A stretch of DNA of 62,000 nt, taken from assembly GCA_013265495.1 (NCBI GenBank), contig MU058206.1, forward strand, positions 124,001-186,000, given 5' to 3'. Positions 27,700 through 39,579 of the stretch are shown here, in pieces (position 1 is the first letter of the stretch; each line of letters starts with the position of its first letter). A program made the position numbers and the translations under genes. Origin of the DNA: Vicugna vicugna. Its lineage: Eukaryota. Below the pieces are notes generated by a model. It did not search any database, was not told the origin of the DNA, and worked only from the letters and a program-made list of their open reading frames with translations.

Positions 27700-29720
27700 A
27701 TGGTGAATCAAGTTTATATGAATAAAACCTATATCTATGTTTCAAACCTCACCTGCTCTTCCAAAACCCAATGCAATAGATTTAACTGCCTGCCTGCAAG
27801 GCAGCCTCTCCTAAATGTCAATACATACAAAGCCAAACACTATCTTTTCCCCAAACCAGCTCCTCCTGACCAATTTATTTCTGCTAACAGACTGATCATT
27901 CACCTAGGCTTCACATTTCAAAGCTATCTTTCTTTCCTTATCTATTGTTCATCTGCACAGGTCCTCAAATCTCAACCTATCTTTTTTCCCTAGTCGCAAT
28001 GCCACTATCCCAGTTCACACTAGCACCAATTCTTGTTCAGGTTACTGGAACAGACTAACCAGTTCCCAGACTTTCAGTTCTTTCTCCAACAAATGTATCC
28101 TATATGATGTCATTTAGATACTTCTAAGACCATCAATAAGCAGATAATATACAAATTTATTATCTCAAGTTCTAACTTTACTTCAAGCTCCACTCATATA
28201 CCTGCCTCCTTAACATATTTATACTTAGCCTCATGCATATCTCAAATTAAACATGTCTAAAATTGAACTTCTGATTTGATCTTCCCTCCCAATCCCACAC
28301 TTACTCCTCCCATTTCTATCTCCCATTCCCATCTCAGTAGGTGGCACCTCTACCCATCCAACTGCTTGAGCCAGAAATCTAGGAGTCATCCCTGACACTT
28401 TCTTCTCCCTAAACCCCCATATTCAATCTATAATTAGATTCTTTAACATAGTTCTCAAATAATCTACCTCTCTCCATCACCTGTGCCACGGAGGCCCACC
28501 TGCAAAGATTCTTATTTAAGTGGTACAAATGCAGCCCAGGCGTCAGTTGTTTTACCAGCTCCCCAGGTGATTCTAACATGCGGCTAAGGTCCTGGACTCC
28601 TATGAACCTCTCTGAGCTTATTTCTACTACTTTCTCCCTTGCTCACCTAACTCCAATCACCTTGGCCTCCTTGCTGGTTCCTTGAATATGCCAGGCACAT
28701 ACATTCCTCCTAGCTTTTGCCCTTGTTACTCTCTCTGTCTGGAGTTCTGGTTTATGCCTTCACCTTCTACTTCTACAGATATTTACTCAAATACTACCCT
28801 TGTAGTGATTTAGTGAGACATTCCCTGGCCATTCTATCTAAAATTGCAATGCCCACCTCCACCCCAACACTCAGCATCTCTTTCTCCAGCTTTGTTTTTC
28901 TCCTTGGGACTTATCACTTTCTACCATACCACATATTTTATTTATCCTGTTTATTGCCTGAATATGCACTTCAAGAAAGCAGGGATTTTTGCTGGTTTTG
29001 TTTGTCAACTATATCCCTAGCACCTAGAATATCATCTGGCACAAAGTAGGCACCTAATTAGTATTTAACTCTCAGCAAGGCCTTCCCAGATTCCCCCAAT
29101 TAAATTTAAGCTCCCCATTATCCCCCAATAGTAAATTATTCCCTTCCTTCGTAATATTTACAGTAATTTGTAACTATATTTCACTTATTCATTGAAGCTC
29201 CTCTCCTAGAATGTAAATTCCATGAGAATAGGGATTTTCTGTTTGGCTCATCATTATATACAGCATTCCTCATGCTTAAGTGGCACAGAACAACTATTTA
29301 AAAAACAGTTGATGAATGAATTAATAAATGAATGAGGTCAAATAAATTTTCTGAAAGCACACTCTGATGTTATTTTTTCAATCCAAATCTTTCAAAGTCT
29401 CTGCATCACCTACCACATTAAACCCTGCCTGGCCTTCGTATAAGACCTGTTCTGGGCCAATTTACTTTCCTGCCTTATCTCCCATTATCCCATGTGTCTT
29501 TTGCATCAGCTACACTACACTACATTATTCATTATTTCCAGTACACACCCTATACTAACTCTGTACTTCCCCACCTCCACATTTTTGCTCATGACATTCT
29601 TTCTGTCTGATTTTCCTTCCTACTTCTGCCTATCAAAATTCCAGTCTTTATAAAATACCTACTCTTCAAAACCCAGCTCAAATGTAACCTTCACAGAAAG
29701 TCCCTCAACTCTAACTTTCC
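27700..29720 (+). mobile_element. Cluster of L2 fragments, with a MER5-like insert at about 28490-28592
   Basis: ccagaaatctaggagtcatccctgac and several L2 3' ends; MER5 word ctccccaggtgattctaa. Confidence 0.65.
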
Positions 29721-30422
29721 CAGTTGAATGATCTCTTCCCATTTTAAACACCTAAATATATAATACTGGTGTAATTCCGCACTCATTTCAGAACATACCC
29801 CTCCTCAACCTTTAGAAAACCTTTTGTTTATAGTCACTCAATAGATATTTCTTGAAATGAAGTCAGTTAACACCACTACTTCCTTCTCTGTCATAAAACA
29901 TATTTAAATTGGGGGCTGGGGGCACTATTCTCTTCAACAAGACTCTTTAATGACCAAAAGATGAAAGCCGAAGTAGCAGATTTCCAGCCTTAACTTTCCC
30001 TTCTATGCCTTTTCTGAAAAGGTAAGACCTTCCCAAATACAATTTTTGGAGCTCAGAGTTTTTAATGAATTCAACTGCTTGGAAAAAAAAGTTAAGCTGC
30101 ATGTGCTACTATGATGACATAAATTCCATAAGCTATCTTAAAATGGGTTCCCCTAAGATTATGACATATTTGAAAGACTACCTCGTTGAAAATCTGAATA
30201 CCTTAAATTCTGTTGTTTGAAAACAATACTGACTAAGAAAATACTTCTGTTCAACAAGAAATCTGAAACTTTCTATGATCTTTTAAGTATCCCATTCATA
30301 TCTACATCATGTTAAGTGATATTAAGTAGTGGTACCAGCAATCCAGTAAAGTTCCATCATGAAACACTTGTTGTACCTCAAGTAACAGACCTTTGTTTCC
30401 CTACCTACATCCTCTCATAAGG

Positions 30423-31961
30423 TTGTGGTTCCCAAAATGTAGTTCACAGATCCCTGGAGGTCCCTTTGAATAAGTCTGCTAAGCTGAAACTATTTTCATA
30501 ACAGTAAGATATTGTTTGCCTTTTTTGCTGTGTTGACATTGCACTGGTGGTACAAAATCAGTAACAGGTATAACTGTTGCTGCCTTAGCATAAATCAAGG
30601 TAAAAGCATCAAACTGTGCTAGAGCCATATGTCTTTCACCACTATGTACTGGCGATTTTTTTTTAAGTCAACTTCACTTAATGTTTTTGATAAAATTATA
30701 AATTTTATAATTTATTATAATAAAAATTATTAATTTCATTAAATCTGAACCCTCATACAGGTCTTTTAAGTATTCTGTGTGATGAAATGGGAAGTATGTA
30801 AAAAGCACTTCTACAGGACACTCAACTACAATGGCTGTCCGCAGGAAAAGCACCTGTGACTGAGTTGCGAGCTAAACTAACTGCTTTTTTCATGGAATCC
30901 TACTTTTATTCGGAACAAAGGGCAAACTGTGGTTATTCAGACATGAATATTCAGCAGACATTTTCTTGAAAATGAAGTGATTTCTCTCACTTCAAGAAAA
31001 GTAAGTGACAGTATTTGTTGCCAATGATAAAATCCGAGGTTTTAATAAAAAACTAAAATTTTGGAAATCTTGTAGGTGTTTGATTCCCAATACTTACAGA
31101 TTTTTCTGATAAGGATGGTGATAACTTAATGTGGTTATTTTGATAGTGCATTATGAAATGTGTCATTTGGAAGAATGAACCAACATTGCCCAAACAACCA
31201 ATGCATAACATTATAAAATCATGTATTGGTAAAAGATCTATTTAAAGGACAAGAAAGACAGAAGGATTTTAATGTAACAGTGACATCAATATGATTTTAG
31301 ATTCCACACTGCAACCTAACTTACAAACTACTAATTGTCAAATTTTGGTGTAGTATGAGAGAATAATATGCACAATTGTCTGAAAATACTCCTTTTTCTA
31401 ATTACATGACCACAGAGGCCATATTTTCTTCATACATTTCAATCAAAACAATCTATCACACCAAAAGGACATAGGGGTATGTACACATTTCATCCATGTT
31501 AAATTCTGGGTTTTGATATTGTTCTATAATTATGTAAGATTTTACCACTGGGGGAAACTGGGTGAAGGGTACATGAGATCTCTCTGACCTGTCTTTACAA
31601 CTGGCTGTGAATCTGTAATTATTTCAAAATAAAAAGTTAAAAAAAAATCTATCACATCAGATTGAATTTGGAAGCAGATATGAGAATCTAGCTGTCTTCT
31701 ATTAAGCTGGATGCCTAAGAGATTTGCAAAAATGTAAAAAATGCCACTCCTCTCACTAATTTTTTGAAGTTATTTTTCATATAAATACATTACTTATGTT
31801 AACATGAGATCTTTTTTAGAGTAACTAATATTTTTTAAAATGTTTTCTGTTTTAATTTCTAATTTGGTAACTATCAATAGACATACACCACACACAAAAA
31901 AGCTCAGTAATTTTTTTAAGAGTATAAACAGTCCTGAGATCAAAAAGTTTGAGAACCACTG
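30423..31961 (+). mobile_element. hAT DNA transposon, Charlie1a-like
   Basis: Termini ttGTGGTTCCCAAA ... TTTGAGAACCACTG; interior matches the recalled Charlie1 sequence (aaactattttcataa...gtgttgacattgcactg). Confidence 0.85.
31461..31645 (+). mobile_element. L1MC/MD-type 3' end nested in Charlie1
   Basis: gggggaaactgggtgaagggtacatg...tttcaaaataaaaag followed by poly(A); TSD aatctatcaca at 31450-31460 and 31646-31656. Confidence 0.8.
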
Positions 31962-31964
31962 CTT

Positions 31965-32332
31965 AAGAAAATCTGCCTCTGGCTCCAGCCACCCCCACAA
32001 TTGCGGTTTGTACCAAACCCTCCCTCTGCTAACCTCAACCAGAGTTGAAACTGGGGCAGACGTCTTGTCCGGGGGAAACCAAGCCTTAGACTGACCAAAT
32101 CAGATATTGCTCAGGAATCTGAATTAAGCTTCATGGATACTGAGGTCCGCTGAAGGTGGAACACTAGAGTGCATTATTAACTCTAACTGCTGGGGCCCTT
32201 GGAACTATTTTGGTGCCAGCCCTTTCTGAAGCCTGGTTGTCCAGCTTTTCCTTAGATTCTATGACATATAAATCTTTAATTTGAGCTATTCTAAATAGGC
32301 TTCTTTTCCTTATGATCAAGAAATCCTTGACA
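31965..32332 (+). mobile_element. MaLR LTR (old MLT1-like)
   Basis: 3' end taaatctttaatttgagctattctaaataggcttc...aagaaatccttgaca resembles the MLT1 terminus. Confidence 0.55.
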
Positions 32333-32599
32333 CCATAAAACCTCAATGCCGTTACCAAAAGTATTTTATTTGATGTCCTTATCTGAGACACCAAATTACA
32401 ACAAGGTTCTCTTCCATTTGAATACCATATCCCTATATAAAAATAAGTATCACTCCAACAAAACTAAGAACTGAATGGAAACTGGGGGCTTATTCAGAAC
32501 AAGAGACAAACCTAATGACCAGCTGCTAAGATAAGGGAGGCTGGATTTTTTTTAACTCAGTTTTGGAGAAGGCCATTATATATCACGTAAATATAATTA

Positions 32600-33700
32600 A
32601 GATAGCAAATGGCTTCATTAAAATATACCAATCTGACAGGGTTTTTCAAGGAGGATGATGAACTGAAAAAGAACAAGGTAGTGAGACCTGCCCTACCAGG
32701 TGTGAACAATTATTATGAATCTATGATAATTAAGGCAGTGTAGTACCAGCACAAGATGTGCAAACAGAGTGATAGTACAGAATATAGAGAATACAGATAC
32801 AAACCCTCATATATTTAGAAACATGTAAGTGGTAATACAAAGTAGGAAGGGGCAGACTTAACTTTTCAATAAATGATGGTGGGATACCCAGCTAACCTTA
32901 CGGAAAGAAAATTAAATCTCTACTTTGAGGTTATACTTATGAAAAAAATTAGATCCCTACTTAACACCAAACGTCGAATAAATTCTAGGTGGATTAGAGA
33001 CCTAAATGTGGAAAGCGAAACTGTAAAACTTGTAGAAGAAAATTCAGGATGTAACTACTACCTCGAAAAAAAAAAATACACCATAAAGGAAAAACATAAT
33101 AAATCTTACTCTGTCAAAGTTTAAAACTTAGTTTCAATAAAAGACAAAGTTAAAGAACAAATTTAAACATACCCATTAGGATGGCTACTATTGAAAAAAA
33201 AACAGTAAATAACGTATGTTGGTAAGGATGTAGAAAAACTGGAACCTTTGTTCACTGTTGGTGCAGCTACTATGTTAAACAGTATGGAGGTTCCTCAAAA
33301 AAATAGAATTGCCATATAATTCAGCAATTCCACTTCTGGGTATATACCCCAAAAAACTGAAAGCAGGGTCTCAAAGAGTTATTTGAGAATTATATTGAGA
33401 TTACCACACCCATGGTCTACCCATGGTCATAGCAGCATTATTCACAATAGCCAAAATGTGGAAGTAATCCAAGTGTCCATCAGTGGATGAACTGATAAAC
33501 AAAATGTTGTATATACATACAATGGAGCATTATTCAGCCTTGGAAAGGAAAGAAATTCTGACATATGCTACAATCTGGATGAACCTCATGGACATTATGT
33601 TAAGTGAAATAAGCCAGATACAAAAGGATAAATACTACATGATTCCATTCAATGAAGTATCTAAAGTAGTCAAAATCATAGAAACAGAATTACCTATTTC
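32600..33700 (+). mobile_element. Old L1 ORF2 fragments (L1ME/L1MB-like)
   Basis: Translates as INSRWIRDLNV and WINK-like MDELINKMLYIHTMEHYSA...WMNL.DIMLSEISQ. Confidence 0.85.
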
Positions 33701-33918
33701 TAAATGTCAAGAAAAAGATTATGTAAATCAAATTAAGGAGATGAATGATTACATATATATATCTTTCTTTTCCCCCTACAAATAAATAGATTGACAGGAG
33801 GAATTAGAGGCTTTCAGAGAACTACTGCAAGCCCTTCTTTGACGTTGCTGCTGCCACAGCAGGAAGATTTATGCCAACAGCTTCTTAGAAAGTAACAGTC
33901 AAGAATAAAAGGTCTTAC

Positions 33919-34429
33919 CTAAATGTCCATCGACAGATGACTGGATAAAGAAGTTGCGGTATATTTATACAATAGAATACTACTCAGCCACAAAAATGAT
34001 AAAAATAATGCCATTTCCAGCAAAATGGATGTCCCTGGAGAATGTCATTCTAAGTGAAGTAAGCCAGAAAGAGAAAGAAAAATACCATATGATATCATTC
34101 ACATGTGGAATCTAAAAAAAAAGACAAGTGAACTTATATATAAAACAGAAACAGACTCACAGACATAGAATACAGACTTGTGACTGCCGGGGGGAGGAGG
34201 GTGGGAAGGGATAAATGGGGAGTTCGAGATCTGCAGATACTGACTGGTATATATAAAACAGATGAACAAGTTTATACTGTATAGCACAAGGAAATAGATT
34301 CAATGTCTTATAGTAGCTTATGGTGAAAAAGTGAATATATGTGTGACTGAGGAATTGTGCTGTACACCAGAAATTGACACAACATTGTAAACTGACTATA
34401 ACTCAATTAAAAAAAAAAAAAGAAAAAAA
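33919..34429 (+). mobile_element. Relatively young 5'-truncated L1 with poly(A) tail
   Basis: ORF2 C-terminus (cctaaatgtccatcgacagatgactggataaagaag), 3'UTR and long A tail; TSD-like aagaat(aa/t)aaggtcttac at 33901-33918 and 34430-34446. Confidence 0.9.
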
Positions 34430-34446
34430 AAGAATTAAGGTCTTAC

Positions 34447-34950
34447 AGTGACCCTATCACTCAGACCACACGGGCTCCATCATGGCCCAGGTGTGCCAGA
34501 AGTTCTTCTAGTTCCTGCAGGCCAAGCCATGCAACTCACTTGTCAAAGTGGCCCGGTGTCTCAGCCTCATGCTGCACAGCCTTATGACCCCTAGCCTCCC
34601 TTAGCTAAGCCTGCCTTGCCCAAAGGTGGGGTGGCACTGAAGGCCAGCAGACAGGCCGAGGCCAAATCAGGGTCATGTCTGCCTTTTACCTGCTCAGGCT
34701 CCCACTTCTGGGGTGTTTGACAGGTGTAGCCCTGGCTATGGTCAATAGGTTGCGGACGCCAGCAGGTTTAGGCTGGGCCCAGAGTGGGTATTCCACCTTC
34801 TTGGGTTCTGCCATGCCTGGAGCATGACCCCCTTCCAAGATTGTGACACCATCTGTGTTAAATTTTTCATGTTCTTTTTTACCTCCAATCTGAATCTTTT
34901 TGATTTTGAAAAACATTGAGAAATTCAATTAAATGCTTTTGGAATAAAGA
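34447..34950 (+). pseudogene. EDC4: 5'-truncated processed pseudogene of EDC4 (C-terminal codons plus 3'UTR)
   Basis: Reads SDPIT, then a 1-nt frameshift near 34463, then DHTGSIMAQVCQKFF*FLQAKPCNSLVKVARCLSLMLHSLMTPSLP* (stop 34602-34604). Recalled human EDC4 C-terminus: SDPITRDHMGSVMAQVRQKLFQFLQAEPHNSLGKAARRLSLMLHGLVTPSLP*. Premature TAG at 34509-34511, AATAAA at 34943-34948, and target-site-like repeats on both sides. Confidence 0.85.
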
Positions 34951-36329
34951 GAGGAATAAAGGTCTTCACAGTCAAGTAAGAGTTACTGTCTGAATGTTTA
35001 ATTCTTACTCTGAGGTCTGCATCCAGCTCTCCCAAAGCAGCATGACCAACTCTGCCACACAGAGCAACCAGATGACTCCTGCCAGTTCTATTAAAACATG
35101 ACCATAGTTGTAAGAATGAAGGCCCCAGTGTTTCCTAAAAAAGCTAAACTTTAGAATCTTTTTTCCTATAACGGGGGCTTGTCAAAAACAAAAGTAAAAG
35201 AAGCTACTGGATCTTAGTAGCAAATGTGTCAGCATAGCCTTTCAGAGTGATTCACTGTGACTAAAAACAAACACAAGAAACAGGTGTGCTTCCCTGAATA
35301 CACAACCAGAATTTAATATGGAGTCAGTATTGTTATGAAATCAGGTTGAGAATAACTTTTATAAAAATCTGGATGTAAATATTGACAAGAAGGTAAAAAG
35401 TAAAGTGAATTTCAGATGAATATCAGAATACTGTTACCGTCAGGCTTTGAGTAACCTGAAATCAGTAAATTACTCAAAATACCACTCAATGGTTAGAATC
35501 CTATAAAACATTTTCTGCTAAGGTAGGAATTAGTCCAGTCCCTAAAACAGCTTTAAAATGCAGTTGCACTGTATTTTTCATTTATATTAACCTTCATTAG
35601 TGTGACGGATTTTCAAAAAACACTGTGGATGTACTGACATTTTTGAGTCTACAGTACATGACAGAAATCCACAAGATTCAGCACTGTTTGAGACCCTGTG
35701 TTAAGACAGCTAGATATCAGAGTTCATGGCCTATCTGAAATTTTTCCCTAATTAAGAACAATTTGTCTCTTTTTTGTGATGAAAATCTAGTGATAATGAA
35801 AAAAAAATGTTATTACAGCATAATCTTATGTAACACTCCAAATCTGTTGGAGAAATTTGTGTAAATGAGGAAAAGGGAGGAAAGACAAACACATTCTTGT
35901 GCATATATACACAAAGATGTTTTTACATAACAATCAAAACCTTACATCTCCAAGATAATATATACAAATTATCAGTCTCTAAATTTTATTTTCTGTACCT
36001 TTCATCTCAGAAAAAAAGCAAGGTTGCTCATGAGAGAAGATATCCCCCAGTCTCTTCTATAATTAACCTTACACTAAGGGTGTGGGGTTGGACGTCGGGG
36101 ACGTGTGGGGTTGGACATGGTGGGGGTGTGGGAAGCAATGCTCTCTTCAGAAATACTACCTGTATTTCACAAAGAGCATTCAAGGTAAGGAATCTGTGAG
36201 ATCTAAGATCCAGAATCCAGCAATGGCACAGAAATGTCAAACACTAGGCGCATTGTGTTCAAAGAAAGGCATCTTTAGTTTTTAGAATTTGGTTCCAGAA
36301 GCTCTGCAGGGCGATGAACAACATAATTT

Positions 36330-37730
36330 ATTAAAAAGGAAGAAAATGTGATATATATAAAGGTACAGACATGAGGGGACATCTGGGACAAGAAAAATAC
36401 AAAGTGATCCAGGGACTTCTTGTACCAGAAGCACTCATACACCAAGCTTAAAGGGCTTCCACAGGTCAAATATAGGACATTTTGAGCATCAACAAAAAGG
36501 TCCATAACTGTTAGCAAAAAAAAAAAAACCCAAAACAGACTAAATTAAAATCCATGAGTTTATAATGCTACTAAAACAAAGAGAGCAAGAAAAAGAAACA
36601 ATTCATTTCCTATCATTAGAGGTGTTTATTATATATCCTTATTCAGAAAAATTACTGAAGGGAAAACTAAGAATTTACCTTAACTTTTGGGAAGAAATTA
36701 TAATTTATTCCTGATTGATGAGGAAAATCTTATCAGAAGATTAAAGGCTAATCAATGTTAAAAAAAAGCAGAATTAGAAAATTACCATTTTGTAATAAAC
36801 AAAGAAATAACCATCCACACAAGGATGGTCATCAGGTGAAAGGCTGCTGGAGAAGAAGTTTAACAAGCCACTCTACAGATTACTTGCAAATTACAAAAGG
36901 GAAAAACGTCTTTAAAGTGGAGAGATCTGATATTTATCATCTTGAACAAATGATCAAACAAACTCATCATCATTACATTATGACATTACGTTTCTCTTAT
37001 TGTGATGCGACCTGGAATACAGAGCATAACCTATGAAGTATTTTTACCAAAAATGTTTAACCTGAGTCTAACCAAGCCTTTAGACTTCACTGCCAGTTTG
37101 TAGGAAATACAGGGATATGGAACAAATTAAATGAAACTGTGAGGAAACAGTTAGAAATTCCAGAAGTGGCATATTCTACAAGACAAATGGCCTGGTCTCT
37201 TCAAAAAGGCAATTATCATGTGGCTCCTAAATAAAGCGTTCTAGATTTAAAAAGAGACTAAAGAGACATGTTCGGAGGGGAAAAAAAAAACAAGCAAAAC
37301 CAATTGCTAACAAGTGTTATCCTAGAGACAACTAGGAAAATCCGAACTGGATATTAGGGTTAGTAAAGTATTGTTAATTGCCTTAGCTATGATAATACAT
37401 TGTAAGAATAATTAAGTAAAACAATGTCTTTATTTTAAGAAGATGCATCTACCTCATGGAAGATGCAACTAAAAGGAAATGTAAGTACACCTGGGCTAGA
37501 ACATACCCAAATTAACTAAACTAAAATTAAAACAAAGAAGATGCATCTAAAATATTTAAAGTATTAAGGTGTCATGATGTCTACAACATAAACATATACT
37601 ATATACAAACACACGTATAAAGCAAATATAGCAAAACAACTGTTGAATCTAGGGAATAACTGGTATAAAGGTGATAACTGCACTATTCTTTCAATTTTTC
37701 TGTATGTTTAAAATTTTTCACTTAAACAGT
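36330..37730 (+). mobile_element. L1MC4/5-like 3'UTR
   Basis: aagggcttccacaggtcaaat...gagcatcaa, ccaaaaatgtttaacctg and ctgttgaatctagg motifs. Confidence 0.7.
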
Positions 37731-38449
37731 TCTAAGAAAATGGGGTGGGAGGGCTCAAAGGCACTTCCTCCAGGAAGGCCTCCCAAATGAACTCTCCTCT
37801 AACATTATTCATCTCTTTACAAAGTCCTCTCAGCATAGAACACAGTATATTACTGTTCTTATTCTGTTTACTATTTGTTCTCTTATTATTTCATATATTC
37901 AATAGACTTGGTTTTCCAACAAAATTGTAAGCTCCTTCCAGCACAGACATCTTTTAATTCTTTTCAACTTTCTCACAGCTCATAGTGAAGTATCCATTTT
38001 GCAACTAGCAGACTTTTTTTTTAAAGTACCAGTAGCAATATTCTGTGTAGGCACTCAGTAAGCACCTTAACTAATTGGATTAGCTTTTCAATTCCTCAAC
38101 AGAATGGCAGTTCACTTGTATAAACAATTCTGAGTCACAGCTATCAAAAGGATATCATCAAACATCACTTATGGGCTTACAGAATTTCATATAGAGAAAT
38201 TAGCATCAAGAGTTAAAGGAAGAAATTAGAAAATAGGTTTTACATGTCTTCCTAGCACTGCTAATGGATTTGCCGTTATCTAGGCATACGACTTTATTCT
38301 CATGATATTATTCTTCAGTACTACAATATCTTCCACCACCACCTTCATCTGAAAATCAGTGACAGTATTTATCCATAACCCCTGGGTGTAATGAAGCTTT
38401 ATAAGCTACAAAATGAACTTTAAAATCTTAGATAAAAGAATGCACAAAG

Positions 38450-39070
38450 ATTTTAAAAATCTGATAATACAATGTTGGTGAAGAAATAGGAAGACTCATA
38501 CACTGCTGGCAAGAATATAAATTAGTACAACCTCCAAGGAAAGCAATTTAGCAATATCTAGCAACATTAAAAATGCATATATCAAAAAAAATGCATATCT
38601 CCTTCCACTAGGAATTTATCCAACAGACACCCATGTGCATAAAAAGTACAAAGAAGGAATTAATTGTAGCACTGGAAACAACCTAAATATCCAATAATAG
38701 GAGCTGGTTGAAAGATAGCACATCTATACAGTGGAATACCTGCCATCTTTCAAAAAGGGAGAGGTACTCTACATACTATAATGGAATGATAGCCAAGATA
38801 TATTAAGTGACAAAAGCAAAGTGCAGAAAAACAAATATAGTATCTTACCATTTGTATAAACAACAAATAAAAACAAAAATACCAAAGCATATTGTATATG
38901 CTTGTTGAAGCACTACCTCTGGAAAGGTAAACAAGATACAGGTAACAATAGTTTCCTTTGAGGGAGGTAACTAGATGGACAAAAGGAGGACAGTATTAGA
39001 AAGATTTTTCCCTTTCTGTGTAACTTTTTAATTTTATTTCATATGTATGTACATGCGTTACCCAGAGTTA
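38450..39070 (+). mobile_element. Old L1 (L1ME-like) 3' fragment
   Basis: actcatacactgctggc...ggaaacaacctaaatatcca...aagtgacaaaagcaaagtgcag. Confidence 0.75.
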
Positions 39071-39565
39071 TTTTTTAAACATGGCTCTACACCAACTCGA
39101 ATTATTTAATGAATACTTATCTTAATCCCAAAAGCATCTCATGCCTTCATACCATAAAAATTTTAAATAAAACCAGTAAATTCAACCAGATGAAATGTTT
39201 CCAGATAAAAACAAAAGCATCTGAGATGACAGAAGCCTACTGAGAAGAGAAACGGACATTTATTACCTCCATAGCTTTACTTCAAGGTTTTATCAGAACC
39301 TGATGGGAGTGTGGATACAGGCAATATTAAACATCTCCAAGCACCAAAGCAACTACTCTGAAGACCTCTACAAGGAGAGGTCCCAAAGTACCAAATGGAC
39401 ATCAATCACTCCCACCCTAAGTGTCGGGTTGTCACAATAACTTATACTCAGTCTTCACACAGGGAAAAAAGAAAAAGATGAGTCTCCAGCTCTTTTCCAA
39501 GATACTTGAAGATATATGCCCTCCAAATTCCTGTGCTTCCTCTGTGTCATCTCTTGGCTCCAGCT

Positions 39566-39579
39566 GTAACCATGGCAAC
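39566..39579. promoter_or_regulatory. RFX X-box GTAACCATGGCAAC
   Basis: 14-bp near-palindromic match to GTHRCC-AT-GGYAAC in non-repeat sequence. Confidence 0.6.

Noticed and set aside
33483..33785. 100-aa ORF
   Set aside because: Degraded L1 ORF2 C-terminus running into flanking DNA.
34686..34928. 80-aa minus-strand ORF
   Set aside because: It is the antisense reading of the EDC4 retrocopy 3'UTR.
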